From positions 5,679-69,678 of the forward strand of contig JBDRCT010000017.1 in assembly GCA_043821445.1 (NCBI GenBank): a stretch of 64,000 nt of DNA. The letters are read 5' to 3'. A program made the translations under genes and the position numbers. Below are positions 23,101 through 27,252 of this stretch, piece after piece. The stretch's first letter is position 1, and each line of letters starts with the position of its first letter. The notes under the pieces were generated by a model that ran no database searches, had not been told where the DNA came from, and saw nothing but the letters and a program-made list of their open reading frames with translations. Source of the DNA: Candidatus Omnitrophota bacterium (GTDB taxonomy: Bacteria > Omnitrophota > Omnitrophia > Omnitrophales > Aquincolibacteriaceae).

Positions 23101-26009
23101 GATTTAAAGCGATAGCCTTGTGCGTACCGGTAGAGCGTAAAACGGACTTTGACGAACGGGGTAAGGGCAACACTTGTTCCGTTGTTCACTTTGTCCATGA
23201 ACCGGCCCCAAAAGACCCCCGCCTTTTTGAAGATCCCCGGTTTTTCCTGAACCGCGGGAACTATTTCTTCAGCCGGTTTTGCTTCGGGTACCACGGGCGG
23301 TTTTGCTGGCGTTACTTCTGCGGCTTTCGGGGCTTCGGCTTTGGCGGCAACCTCCGCCTCGCGCTTGGGAGCTGCTTTCCGTTCAGCTACGGCGGCTGCC
23401 TCGGCCTCCCTGGCAAGAGCTGTTTTGCGTTCGGCGATCACTCCATTGATTGCATCCATCGTGAGCGAAACGGTATCTGTCGTGATCTTAAGTTTTGCTC
23501 CGAGGCTTATCGCCTCACGAAGCACGGGGATCTTCGCTTTGATCGCCTCCGGGCTGGAGCGCGAAAGAAGCCGCAGGATCACGCTACCGGAAAGATCTTG
23601 AGTGCCCACGCCCCCCTTTTGGGGATCCAGGGCATCCAATTTCGCTTGAAAATTTCTGTTCAGTAAAAGTTTCCTGAAAGCTTGTTCTGCGGCCTTCTGC
23701 TTATCAACATTCTCCTGGGGTTTCGGATCCGCAAAACCCGCGGCATGAAAAAGTCTTAGATTCTTTTCATAAAGGGCTTGCTCATCAGCATTGGGTGTCG
23801 GAGTAACCGGCAACCGGGCTTCCGACCGCGCTACGGCAGAGATCGCTCCCATTTCCGCCATCAAGCCCGGGACAATTTCCTTCGGACCAGCATTCCGCGC
23901 AACATCTGCGACAGCAGGCGGAATCCTGAGCTCACCAACACCTTGATAAAAAGTAACTGTCAAATTATCGCCCAAGCGGATCTCCGACCTTTTGCGGACA
24001 CCTAACTGAACTTCGCTTCGTCGCACCGCCGGATCAGAAAAAACGGCGACGGTCGCACGCAGTTCAGAACGCCCTCCCTCAGGGATAAGAACAGGAAACC
24101 AAACTTTATTCCCGTCTTGGATCGCTACCGACGGCAAAATTTTATTCATAAAGTCGCGAGCCTCTGTAAAAAGTCCCGCGAGCGCCTCGCGAATTGAGGA
24201 CAGTGCAGTTGCACCCCGGAACACGCTCACGGTGGACACAAGCTGCCCATATGTTTGGGCAAATGTAAGATTCTCCCCCGCTCCGATCTGGGATGTCGTC
24301 GGAATTCCATTCGGCGCAGACAACTGGAAGCGCGGATCATTGAGAACGCCGGTCTTGGGTTGAAGGAACGCTTCCGAGAGAACTTTTTCGATCGGGAGCG
24401 GCGTTTCGCGGAGCGCGGCGTCGTAAAGCGCGCTTTCTTTTTTCTGGTCGATCGCCTTGGAGATGCGCGGGGCAACGACGATGTAAGAAAAGCCCTTCTC
24501 CTGAAGGTACTTTTCGATCCCGGGCGTATGGAACCCGCCTGTGATGATGGCGGAGATCTTCTGCCCGGAGGCAAGGGTTTTCTCAACCGCTCTCTCGACC
24601 AAGACCTGGTCGCGTTCAAGCGCTGCTTGATAGAAGCGCTCCACACGCGGCAAGTCCTGATCGAGGGTCTCCATCTGGGACGGCAATCCTAGGGAGAAGT
24701 GATACTTCTGGGTGAGCGGTTTGAGAAAACTTGAAAAGGTTCCGGCTTTGAATTCATCTTGGTGAGTGTAATAGAACTCGGCGTCCTGCTTGGTCAAAGT
24801 AAAATCGAACATTTTGTTCATGACATCATAGATACGCATGAGATGATCCAGCTTGATCTCTTCCGGCGTCGTAAAAAGTTTGTTCTTAACGTCTTTTTCG
24901 AGGACCTCGATCTCATCAAAAAGGGAAACACCGATCGAATCGTAAAGCACCATGTACTGGAAGTAGGCAAGGACATTAGCGTATTGCTTGGTCAGGTCCC
25001 TCCCTCCGGTCTGAGTCACACTGATGCTACGGATCTCATCCTGAAGGTATCCGTAATAGGCGACGCGTTTCATCTTCTTCATGCGGAAGTGGACGGTGTT
25101 GGTCAGGAAACGGGAAAGTTTTTCGCGCGAAAGAACGCCCTTAAGATCGTTAATGAGTTGATCAGTCTCTTTTTCGGCCTTGTCGAAATCGATCTGCTTT
25201 TCAAGGTCGATCAGCTGGATCAGGGACTGCATCCCGCTATAATTCTCCGGCTTGAGATCATGCTTTTGGGCCATGCCCACGAGGAAACGGACATAAGCCA
25301 CCAATTCGCGGCCGCTTTCCTGGAACGCCGCGCGGCGGCGATAGAGCTCGCGCATCTCTTCCGGGAACACGAAGCGGCCCATGTACGCCAAAACCTTGTT
25401 AAGCGCGGCCAAGATCTCTTCGTCACGGGCCTTGAACTGAAGCGCGTCCACGTAGGCCTTGCGGTTCTTTTCGTAAAGTTCCGGATCTTCCACGCCATAA
25501 AGTGTCATCACCGGCTTTTCAACGATCGCCAGATATTCCGGGCCGGTGAGACGGCCTTCTTTCAGGAAATAATCCGCGACGCTCCGGCGGGCTTCTTTGT
25601 CCGGGAAAAAAGAAAAGAGCTCGGTGTAAAGCTCGCCGGAGGCGCCTTCAAGGTTCACAAGGCCGAGCTGATATTTTTCCGAAAAATGACGGAGGATATT
25701 GGCGATGTTCCGCTGGGCCTCCTCGTTGATGTGCGCGTCCTGGATCGCGAGGATGATCTGTCCGCGGCTCCCCTTAAAGGAGCTCTTGATCGTTCCGTAG
25801 CTGTCCGGAAGGTCAGGACGATCGATCAGGGAGAGCGCCGCGTTGGCTTTAAAGGATTCGACTGGAGTGAGGCTTGAGGGACTGGACGCGGCAGCATAGG
25901 CTTTAACGCCACCGTCCCAAACGACCGAGGTGAAGGTAAACACACAAACCGTCAGAAGCGCAACGGTCCTAAGCCAAGGCTTAAAACTGTGTGTTTGCCA
26001 ACTGATCAT
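2184..26009 (-). CDS. giant (7941 aa) signal-anchored multi-pass membrane protein of unknown function
   Basis: A single stop-free frame of 23,826 nt. There is a plausible SD (GAGGA) 12 nt upstream of the ATG and an N-terminal hydrophobic anchor (LRTVALLTVCVFTFTSVVW). TM clusters lie at about aa 1075-1170, 1345-1510, 1685-1775 and 5320-5470, and a roughly 937-aa polytopic block of about 20 helices lies at about nt 5440-8250. The protein has long coiled-coil/alpha-helical soluble stretches and an Ala/Glu/Lys/Pro-rich linker (aa about 865-915). An HD-like motif LALAFHDYGRL lies about 500 aa from the C-terminus. Confidence 0.9.
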   Translation of the reverse strand: MISWQTHSFKPWLRTVALLTVCVFTFTSVVWDGGVKAYAAASSPSSLTPVESFKANAALSLIDRPDLPDSYGTIKSSFKGSRGQIILAIQDAHINEEAQRNIANILRHFSEKYQLGLVNLEGASGELYTELFSFFPDKEARRSVADYFLKEGRLTGPEYLAIVEKPVMTLYGVEDPELYEKNRKAYVDALQFKARDEEILAALNKVLAYMGRFVFPEEMRELYRRRAAFQESGRELVAYVRFLVGMAQKHDLKPENYSGMQSLIQLIDLEKQIDFDKAEKETDQLINDLKGVLSREKLSRFLTNTVHFRMKKMKRVAYYGYLQDEIRSISVTQTGGRDLTKQYANVLAYFQYMVLYDSIGVSLFDEIEVLEKDVKNKLFTTPEEIKLDHLMRIYDVMNKMFDFTLTKQDAEFYYTHQDEFKAGTFSSFLKPLTQKYHFSLGLPSQMETLDQDLPRVERFYQAALERDQVLVERAVEKTLASGQKISAIITGGFHTPGIEKYLQEKGFSYIVVAPRISKAIDQKKESALYDAALRETPLPIEKVLSEAFLQPKTGVLNDPRFQLSAPNGIPTTSQIGAGENLTFAQTYGQLVSTVSVFRGATALSSIREALAGLFTEARDFMNKILPSVAIQDGNKVWFPVLIPEGGRSELRATVAVFSDPAVRRSEVQLGVRKRSEIRLGDNLTVTFYQGVGELRIPPAVADVARNAGPKEIVPGLMAEMGAISAVARSEARLPVTPTPNADEQALYEKNLRLFHAAGFADPKPQENVDKQKAAEQAFRKLLLNRNFQAKLDALDPQKGGVGTQDLSGSVILRLLSRSSPEAIKAKIPVLREAISLGAKLKITTDTVSLTMDAINGVIAERKTALAREAEAAAVAERKAAPKREAEVAAKAEAPKAAEVTPAKPPVVPEAKPAEEIVPAVQEKPGIFKKAGVFWGRFMDKVNNGTSVALTPFVKVRFTLYRYAQGYRFKSAEGLSGISAFTRFAKKDKDLFIHQIRARTLGRTGHSMKEEELLAKIPSLRVDGKTPVRLEDLSLAQLEEVERAIRDLQVEKDFEQRQHMKEQKTLDLRVKSHKGIFYATGLAVGLLTGVGVAALISLAWPVLALGAVIGLMMTKEMANVTFVFIENVKTLFKSGSVAKGLLGVLFVLGAPLYLSIQLMSSFIQKLIYPIMYRIHGTGQRTYFVKIGKDGKVEIDPETGEAIVDVKALTDALNRRLPLVVGQTIEDYLTEKKDAALTALAEKAKELSRQAATTTGDWDQVNKELDQVLAGLPSAEAQRIRTLFDQHIVVQKRLQNVANHLARSDALHARIIRVLHLQNFLAKKITDFLGSKATSAKAVRYVLSDITNPLGAFFQWFVFGRGALFFKGIIAGAFILTGPIGTGIALALFVSYRAYGVYQIRKEKFKETLAAIEGKYGALPKTELNEAQKAAEIKKATRSYRVKTAGSVFGMAAGLGIAGYLLIGAFVAPDLISFIPHNLFSKQVVLKVFGDAVPLSLGTLLKDVFLGMIMAYGGAAKKSRAEHIQEKYFLEPVLKLMRSYGFKTMEASGFFAFSRTEGGKSVSTLTYEGIGQYFDAIGPEQRQEMAKQLGMDEKTFDMFLLSHLEMLRGMIVANVLSLNQNEQLLLLERINGIQAELAGRYTQDEIQKARETGRVLTSSAVDDAVATRMEINRMARYRTLGSGRFYLSGFTTAMGLITLAFEIPAVLHLFGSLDSVANQALKPLGIAEFHGFHTVAMFIERTLLGLFNNVWQGMWSLGGLVPLVAPEVFLNSALARVGTDIADRQVSHDIATLQARMTGMSEGTEAYRTEAGHLAELQAEKVRMTASPALARLDGELRKLPKSSVTALLARQLFSKVTDAVLDPNHAMSLEEMNIAIASVETVIRQAKAEAVQTPAATGEPVKVMQAGMVPNPLPLIEKVFSGIQSLFAPKTAATPQPPVQERSGVPASTTITPAARATEMAAGRVEDAALQREVPTAEAQRTELVTERQAAPAELQKLSTDLQQAVEEGKAALAQEGKAPTPYNIGAWLKANEAKYPKVVEKFQTEVMNNPELAAVMTGAAVPAKFTEQLKGRSLRALTKPVDDIFGPNTSAVLSLVAMTGVAAIGEEAATVTARPAPNVTRAATVETAAVAGPMGAAAEEARRIHDELVSKREEAELRLEESRNGYAQRFANYLTSEITDRITFNANTSDAGREIARSLLGRPGFIKSLADQYVASLRGADGRGDVSKLKAEDLQAGFDELMDQTGGINALTPPEIEMLRNVVREAILQRFSAVTEAKEHTPVTENVTIALPLFNEGQPVSVDKLLEMAIATRMATAGPSKAILDAMAKFQRNDRKFTLSIVARAGTDFIFKGYGVGTEVSFYLSDPTKNERQAIATYREREGLLQMDREMADVVRELRTHGNNYARARILAEKLRLSLEDVRNDEEIAKTRTREGQDTDAAMAIGKLRRQLERDLADRRAELEGILRSIGALVGVTDKKIILPRELEDPKEAAKFFEATAAPAARGQSLDLAAAQGKYALDVLNTSLAEARGKMGILFRTRIFFNPPKAFDFMSPLSSVRDPKTPAMVHMLSREGAALQYYQDAQQIKADEEALRGRLETAVRINGIVQSRLDGAENLLREERQRYRNESGWSMRFKAAVEQYDLAKRQAADTAHQVEQLTIEINRFTSGVSAKLAKFEEDFERDAEKVKKGESRKLFDAEYFAQLEAKYRQSDRPVDATELADNLAGGKNVNLLLEEFRAREVKEREIQMLAGEGIRLKGTVNGVEIKDLQKYEAQLFSEYERATSPKERDLFQKFGDLFRKAPRLPEVIKAEIEKVNKAKLEAYEAVRIEINFSNWIGQIGDIEARIRKAEEVLNSDQSTPEQKEKAAKDLKALHFTLPKVKADLQALKDSHPELKDKKLRDLRIRRFVDGGVEALGVFKAGVGGGLTGTWDFGDMSAQWDFFEQALKESELLQQAHKRDYVKNIIVQRQFLDQIHYRIDVFEGAIMHEQTLLALLEASREKEGVTPEKIKDIDRQIIWGRQRLSSFEEAKTSLESEHNRAEEKMLRIMGRDVEDRKDPGRFTYTPKSKQSFMEGELSEEELGLLSGFDKDIDRKVAEQRVRIQWAMLNTADHKSYKQLHLMVPFISAVPVTTNYVPISEHLDAIIEDPAHIGIGGSGSLRTYSGHLAKDKTLDIAVAEANLRTMFDDYQDFIIRQGLVSQNLDRQVANTKDQKTETRRLIGDLDESISEYEEKEQAGLADAGDRELYTAIRQVNRDDQDDNELIHQLNLRLLQVNRATKGTLKIGAQGRVIDLTTPENLRDFVKSNSDRVADSNEKLAQELRDIQEYGRYLRPLAISTEVFRIPLGFGRGDDFQAGGRVTFDFRELAFSKTQLEIYMARAKQLGLEKEFRRDIRQRLVELAWQDVLRSKAIWDIREQEMQARKEMAAAAQTGTALEDQQALSDAVIRTVTMAKTAERDFEIYVNMLKFIAGIPAEIDIQVPPTNLLQRVYNGEPIGEEVVAKMLKSAAEDPRFQSILRNNDVATAEVKQAEKNRSWTSQVGIFAGYHPSVGAEYTRHLIDRAKTELVNIEKAKKELAVAQQDPLRRAVQMQALEEYAAFVLNRVRLVQIADEFAGSLSFANDATAGYRAIGEPGRTVKTVNDVLAAFDYRENDSLRLTGINFEFQKSLINLSHTTELMGLHEEAQRVQHTARAPLPYQTRQQVALEQLQQAEARIDREAAEVAQLPVPPEPAEAVVDLKVLQKKLGEEKKPPVIEPRTDYRDKNTNEPYVPSVSELWRNMFGADTAVIERGRDGKVVGGLSEPVLVEDVFVRLFDAMRLTPNERLAMFEILKTLSRSGTDGKPSLKEKLNDPDFKKFMAQLPRNEKLGLNYAQLIEGLLSNRTLTAMNQEEANSLLDRNTDLRILGVYVFYATSILKGMKVEDINARSANVPELVQNQFSDRFNSMFSERLKVDFIFLTKLVKNMADQVERNKASPNGQAVPVIAPPQFTSDEIAFLTRDGLLSRLVDIKDRRVDFKAWAEQQKRLGSQEDDAALKRRFVGQVFLDWATYTDRQVSAQPYYKFSTLEDTFQEFNNVRKAVFDLYRANFGRDLGLYGDIKDLADITAWQYMSFMGKLYSPDKGERAKRLNTVILLTNYILENKRVPIVGLNGEPSAADPSAAMLRFLRASAEANQTYADRREVQKEEAGLRTGALMGEVVFRTIQGIEQYAEVHGKSISDALDELGNALPQGIRAGPLGDIRSGIDDYYRKAPEILKALDASRLFSRALNMKDPRDSGQVSAWYEYGTRYHLTIDELKQIIEVAGKLYPKLQELYGRDFRLDQGGKVSANMGIVMAHAQFILGVTDWHKEAAQYREDFRQGKLLSQFQLDTMWDYEKWETMGGVNAPIGTRIDARIKEYERRLDLMDKFAKHPKAFKGAEEIFKILYGSSYQYSIREPEEQQGVAFGHIMNEAYIAERDHIPYDRLAQRYENIVKLIDSPAFTDYLRALKVIGENQDLRTLLPELAKDKTPEGKAKLTKLMGRLTGAAKDLPADFEAIYAQRGKVLKLLVDQHGQDFEGFSTWLKSHYGNVTVAYPEETPRTIEQIEKDLYLFLQRSKYAEVINRNPAWKAQIDAIIDTEASENFPGAFVEGIVAGMPDMLKARGLDITKDDPASLAKLRTFFDNFFLIVGKFDRYPVVQDAGSLNMERKIIGLQESLMIADPDLAGVLQAQSTLPLLQRVSAGRMLVGTASFWLGRVMDSEAQRNAATPNYWLSRQAPGWAAKMIPEWLSKMVEENKYPESEEQYVDMKKVETVIIPRAKAAWEAYHGILEPMGYSITKADIMSVVLNTKEIEKVSDIQEYFEQCQLMLALALGRPDLIPGQYKSMIPEEKLSRKPGEKQITLEQQNLGRPLAFNEMQGYVIEFRRSLKMRHHSIVAPGYNGPSLAVQKMVTKFIFVEPSDPSKTYLNVAASAEGQDAFRGKYALPGSDLQQMADKRGALWEALPEGEKARTALLLSTTFLSRWPVDPQLADKDFFHFLMGLGKNVKDLQRLQEIARLGQDLEGSFRDEFFARNGKDLTYDRKMLEDASQFRRFLILRLMTRPVVLATPADFEQGFEARLQAKKTVPANRIPELVKYYVDNNHLFGALNAGSLQKLRDIKDENQLNLMVNDLKTLMQEIVVGDRLAMDPNRLLNSILSLHQDKTVATFKNFEENMLRKYLQLAAEKQEPLQPEDAGAPEQFVQGLSEKLSLGLTKEQQDAWIQGLGRGLLSPAQVRVVLTDLAWFRGEQQDIPADLRVQDDSLLRFIAAGRDMPLVHAGVIADRKPVFYSQEQLEVLGQLAGAQGVELAKQYESYFADNYVLSSNTRIQEETKGGKARPKLSDFLTERGSRTRQMGEFWSAWSVILPIFSVITTIFVLIAAFAVRQLRKAGKIKVPVLDHAGNPVLREEFQYERTGMLPRSEMRQLFSRLISTEEETMDPALAARNREVRREPLGKEYAPPYLTLRGAVMLLVHGAFVGLFLLMSWQVLELTNSNIFWNVIDLFESGWMAFMLSHILTAWLAGRIFPKSMTMGEQSRVRGVLAKIFPKLVKMRPSAASRDAIERPELDLLVLKATAKPEAKTEAEQPPKSSDSKGNLPPYIEKEDGTRVYLKPADRHDLSFTVVEEKDGEEVQREVSLKTEEGQKRQALPPGHKTSIAYFNFDSFPPPQESMKDAAGKPMKDAADKPVIDHTIRLWLLEMFKAHASIEYIKEQFKIEFGVDIDKKNNEGGWQDFFFLKNVIDSLAYNLDPYGRTTLLILAEKEYSKVIKKAGKNDANAILQFEFIKAALEYAREQVIQIGASRFGDGSVYVPNGNGDYTIPGYVYTKDEPTKGARKGDLIPLTRAQLGKALIYYLPLTELHFEKKQGNILSTEDYLMGQDGPPAATELPIPLLRFSGRVNDPVGAAVVNGVALVLTVAGVIWLAPALAVLGPILSSPWIVGAVMWLMGYFAGRAIMNYKQHKANLKPNKVGTRYFADDLYTKDSICGFDPDHLLRNRLPERDENGRLAPVEDSQGRRVQLFTTNPEGTQHIFTMDNKNRLGDNPDNPEYPNEKAFINVVRKLVEVARSTHNWAGIIIPRTKVVTERTARTFFTMLNDFASNHGVFYAHALQLIRGRGNFTGKALVNLHSHYHTGDARNMPSRWWTVLVFTLAGIAAGPIVFSLLSFVLPLIPSALPFVPGALSFLLSAPLMVQFSIGQMLGLFAGLWVSGKSAGSFGVVTIKELSHDYKEGDTTGAVFVDNAAILEPSTPTFFEMEGRSFVRWAQGDLMRVYDIFQPGVPLAARWMSFVAVLGYINPIIFGFWVIKRFFFDPSLSGMANMYTIMVPRSTEFLMTSCVMPQLWVGVVIGIVVALLIAGFMRRSAADAEQLSGKKALNIIQRLLMPGFLVALLGVVGVLWPAWLPFTVVLAAMLLGSFMIALILEWTRISKKMNGVIFTSMVVALVWASITLTAKFLPAFVVLPFPVVGLLFIGVLFVVIVFPVLFGSIQGQTWGKVMLLYKGTTTGLADTFLHIKRNFWENPWKLFMQGSQNVSRSWHLTIGTVIGNLIQWVSKPAMIFGIPVLFWYVMNGNFVFWHFTSGAAVLAAKLTAWSVLSPWGITGILGTLVAAHPIFTAFVISYLVLRYTVKFTRMIFIVMRDQQLPWATSFGTGQIDGAKSLLRTYMFYSPAFVAALLAIASGVLFHSNLFTFVFGITFLWSWSMAGWHVWLDQFKNLPAGYPDLEEGLGFKGGGIKRLGLFWVHVYRSMKADMFSDSETKKEQKGTLGWFAGWSMRISNVLFHVGFNVGVGLMIAAGVFLKMSAASAVYFWFALPMVFVIPALTGFLLAAPFLLMAPARHWLEFIRGYIGVEEAAIKADLTPSTQLYKLMYNVSDYISKNEKTSSRVKKLGRVLRFFGLPKKMEEPKNVADVDQYGNLRTPPGRSEVRTLEEVLPDLSRQQELAQEVLPGSKQIVATPKTAQSQPEILASQVAAQTPLAVAPETVAASPAVPVAPLVAAIAPSEDVTKLEGEVAALDARIKKTPWQIAGLIGTAIVLSFAGLMWGGLFLVGPVALLLVLASVVGVLWMWIRHSENIKLSDAKAKQLEELKATPAAPMPMRLEVPKVPAEEAQVNPPSLAEVRAPVYVPSREFGIVGTLVPDVVVSLALARSETRVLDVSKEGTIQYDVKLDGLVGGTVEMVFGPVSQAAQDVPAPSAKLLSVSNFSLLPGGPILHEDRIKDINTMIGRWTASMQRGPVALNLIARADAEKALSKVRSEARAVVDNKSRELVGKIHVTSGEMPALQEQLKTRFMANLERIDPARDLEGAEKISAMNNPQDIIDALSPLGLFGWQQDVPIRGAAWQMPDGSTVTFRDHQQVIFNGVKALQANDVSYFRSRNLASVTLDEAGLKAFVDSYNASLSEQEKKLLALALAFHDYGRLITTGPLHPVVGSELVKAILEKLGMDARTVRIVTALTSRELEYGALPWGETVPRKVVEGLPENDIPVFLKLMSFIYILDVAAVGKGKLTSAQLANARYLQSAANLERLQSNWASVRAAGFYEPRDGVILDLSQAIAEEAVPAEIRNELASNPDFKTFMETVTFQRIVYVFREMVRQGNPESVTKLVYALSKLQQLTQTDFISLSVDRKEYATKINELLKMVSFDQLKAADFRMEDGRFVVASEGRTVLEAGIQQSADKKVVVNVESIPARSELRTPEVQPAEQEQSAAAREQEIQRAIAAAAGVQEARFTMQVLPEIVNPLATRIEGRMIESIMQSLNVSVILSLKGNGLHIIEFNPADGFDGAYIAQRVAQSQAGSRFVVIAGQADEAAANEALKGVGKMDLRIGQVNSLLSQAVTEELDRLHIDVATAKANRNVIQAQVTEGVDPSELHAASALLNQFDGVVTVTGSRTKVSSAFQFTVAELLGAAIQAAAAIGKSA

Positions 26010-26039
26010 CGGATTGCCGTCCTCTCTTGAAAGTCGATC

Positions 26040-26500
26040 AGAATTACTCTGTAATTCCCAGCCTTCTTAACCACTATATTAAACTTATTTTAAGACCTTA
26101 ATAACCTCAATAGAAATATACACAACGAAGTCTCCACAGTCAAGGAAACCTAAAAAATTTTTAATGATGTAACCCATTATTAATCAACATGTTATGTAAC
26201 TTTAGAATAAGATTTAACCTTTTTGTTGCTCCCATATAATTTTTTATAGCATTACTAAACAACAAAAAATGCCACTTTTTTTCAGAAATAATATCTGGAG
26301 GAATAAACATATTTAATATATTCATAAAAAGTTCTTTGAAATAAAACTCATTAAAACGGGGGTCCTTTGAATTCGATCGGAGTTAAAACGCTATGGGATG
26401 AACTCTTGCAAGTATGGAGACAGGCAGCACTGGTTTCCCATCTAAAAACTATGAGTATCGGTGCTGACTACGATTTTGAAAAAGAAATGATAGTTTGGAC
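26040..26500. promoter_or_regulatory. AT-rich (about 70% AT) upstream/promoter region of the giant gene
   Basis: Composition shifts sharply from the about 57-60% GC surroundings. It lies directly 5-prime of the giant gene start codon at 26009. Confidence 0.5.
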
Positions 26501-26509
26501 TGGCTAGGT

Positions 26510-26548
26510 GTCAAAATCAAAAAGCCCCCTCGGAAAATTCCGAGGGGC
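26510..26548 (-). terminator. rho-independent terminator (GC hairpin plus T-tract on the minus strand)
   Basis: Stem gccccctcgg/ccgaggggc (26524-26548) with loop aaaatt. On the minus strand it is followed by CTTTTTGATTTT (26510-26523). Confidence 0.5.
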
Positions 26549-26562
26549 TTCTTAATGAAAAC

Positions 26563-26650
26563 TGGACCTGCCCTTGCCTTTCATTTATTTCTAAATGGTC
26601 GGCAGGGCTGTCCCAATACCACTCAATCGAAGCAAAGCGGAGATTGGGGC
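26563..26650 (-). repeat. 88-bp unit, copy 1: tRNA 3-prime octamer CAGGTCCA, an AT-rich -10-like box, then the 41-nt palindromic element
   Basis: Perfectly identical to 26855-26942. It contains tttcatttatttctaaatgg (26579-26598) and gtcccaatacc...gagattggggc (26610-26650). Confidence 0.85.
26610..26650 (+). repeat. 41-nt CCAAT/ATTGG palindromic element (copy 1)
   Basis: gtcccaat...attggggc outer inverted repeat with an inner caatc/gattg pair. Confidence 0.7.
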
Positions 26651-26758
26651 GGCCCTGACTACCGCAAACTCAAAAGAAAATCAAAGCCAGGGCCGTCTCA
26701 AAAATCGCACATGTTATTCAGCGACTTTGTGGACGGGTCTCGCCGCGATTTTTGGCGG

Positions 26759-26768
26759 AAGCTACAGG
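26759..26768 (-). repeat. tRNA-Ala 5-prime fragment (nt 3-12, GCCTGTAGCT)
   Basis: Plus-strand agctacaggc is identical to 27241-27250 inside the tRNA gene. Confidence 0.4.
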
Positions 26769-26779
26769 CGGGAAATTTT

Positions 26780-26816
26780 GCCCCAATCTTTGATTACCTT
26801 TAAAGGTGATTGGGAC
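26780..26816 (-). repeat. palindromic element, reverse-orientation copy
   Basis: Minus strand reads gtcccaatcacctttaaaggtaatcaaagattggggc. Confidence 0.6.
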
Positions 26817-26854
26817 AACCCTAATTCTCATTAATGGTTTATTGAAAATTAGGG

Positions 26855-26942
26855 TGGACCTGCCCTTGCCTTTCATTTATTTCTAAATGGTCGGCAGGGC
26901 TGTCCCAATACCACTCAATCGAAGCAAAGCGGAGATTGGGGC
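26855..26942 (-). repeat. 88-bp unit, copy 2
   Basis: 88/88 identity with 26563-26650. Flanking sequence diverges immediately on both sides. Confidence 0.85.
26902..26942 (+). repeat. 41-nt palindromic element (copy 2)
   Basis: Identical to 26610-26650. Confidence 0.7.
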
Positions 26943-27018
26943 TGTCCTCGTCAGCCATTTGGAAAAGAAATTTCAGACGAGGGCTGGCCCATTTGACCTT
27001 AAATTCCATGGAGAGAAA

Positions 27019-27037
27019 TGGACCTGAGGAGAGTCGG
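27019..27037 (-). repeat. tRNA-Ala 3-prime-end fragment (T-arm plus acceptor 3-prime strand)
   Basis: tggacctgaggagagtcgg matches 27179-27197 of the intact tRNA at 18/19. Confidence 0.65.
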
Positions 27038-27179
27038 CTCCGTTGTCCGTAAAAAACACGGACTCCGGTAGGCCACCCGCCCTTAAAACATGACACCCGT
27101 CATGTTTCAGAACAGGGCTCCCTTCGACTCTCTTTTTATTCAAAAAAAATTCCCAACGGCAAAAACCATTGGGAATTTT

Positions 27180-27252
27180 TGGACCTGAGGAGAGTCGAAC
27201 TCCTGGCCTCTGCAATGCGAATGCAGCGCTCTACCAGCTGAGCTACAGGCCC
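27180..27252 (-). tRNA. tRNA-Ala (anticodon CGC)
   Basis: Minus strand GGGCCTGTAGCTCAGCTGGTAGAGCGCTGCATTCGCATTGCAGAGGCCAGGAGTTCGACTCTCCTCAGGTCCA folds as a canonical 73-nt cloverleaf. It has the G3:U70 Ala identity pair and anticodon loop TTCGCAT. No encoded CCA. Confidence 0.9.

Noticed and set aside
2311-25877. Dozens of plus-strand ORFs up to 372 aa inside the giant gene, for example 11085..12026, 14418..15149 and 24759..25877
   Set aside because: All lie antisense within a single 23.8-kb sense frame. They are Arg/Pro/Gly-rich and lack start contexts, so they are shadow ORFs.
2184-26009. NRPS/PKS megasynthase or RTX/Ig-repeat adhesin explanation for the giant ORF
   Set aside because: By eye there are no condensation (HHxxxDG), adenylation, thiolation (GGxS) or ketosynthase motifs. 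There are no nonapeptide GGxGxD repeats and no periodic 90-110-aa beta-rich repeats. The protein is instead dominated by TM helices and coiled coil. This should be confirmed with HMM searches.
26495-26834. Plus-strand ORFs 26495..26803 and 26595..26834, and the recurring peptide motif VPIPINRS.AEIG seen in several track translations
   Set aside because: These ORFs span the terminator hairpin and the 88-bp repeats. The shared peptide is simply the 41-nt palindromic element translated wherever it occurs, so it is not a protein family.
27019-27179. tmRNA (ssrA) ending in the tRNA-Ala-like 3-prime fragment at 27019-27037
   Set aside because: No matching 5-prime acceptor strand (GGGGC/GGRCCTG complement) lies within a plausible 300-400 nt. 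The fragment is only 140 bp from the intact tRNA and shares its exact 3-prime end, which fits a duplicated att/tRNA remnant better. The local hairpins (gtccgt-aaaaaac-acggac, aaacatgac-accc-gtcatgttt) were noted but do not build a tmRNA-like structure.
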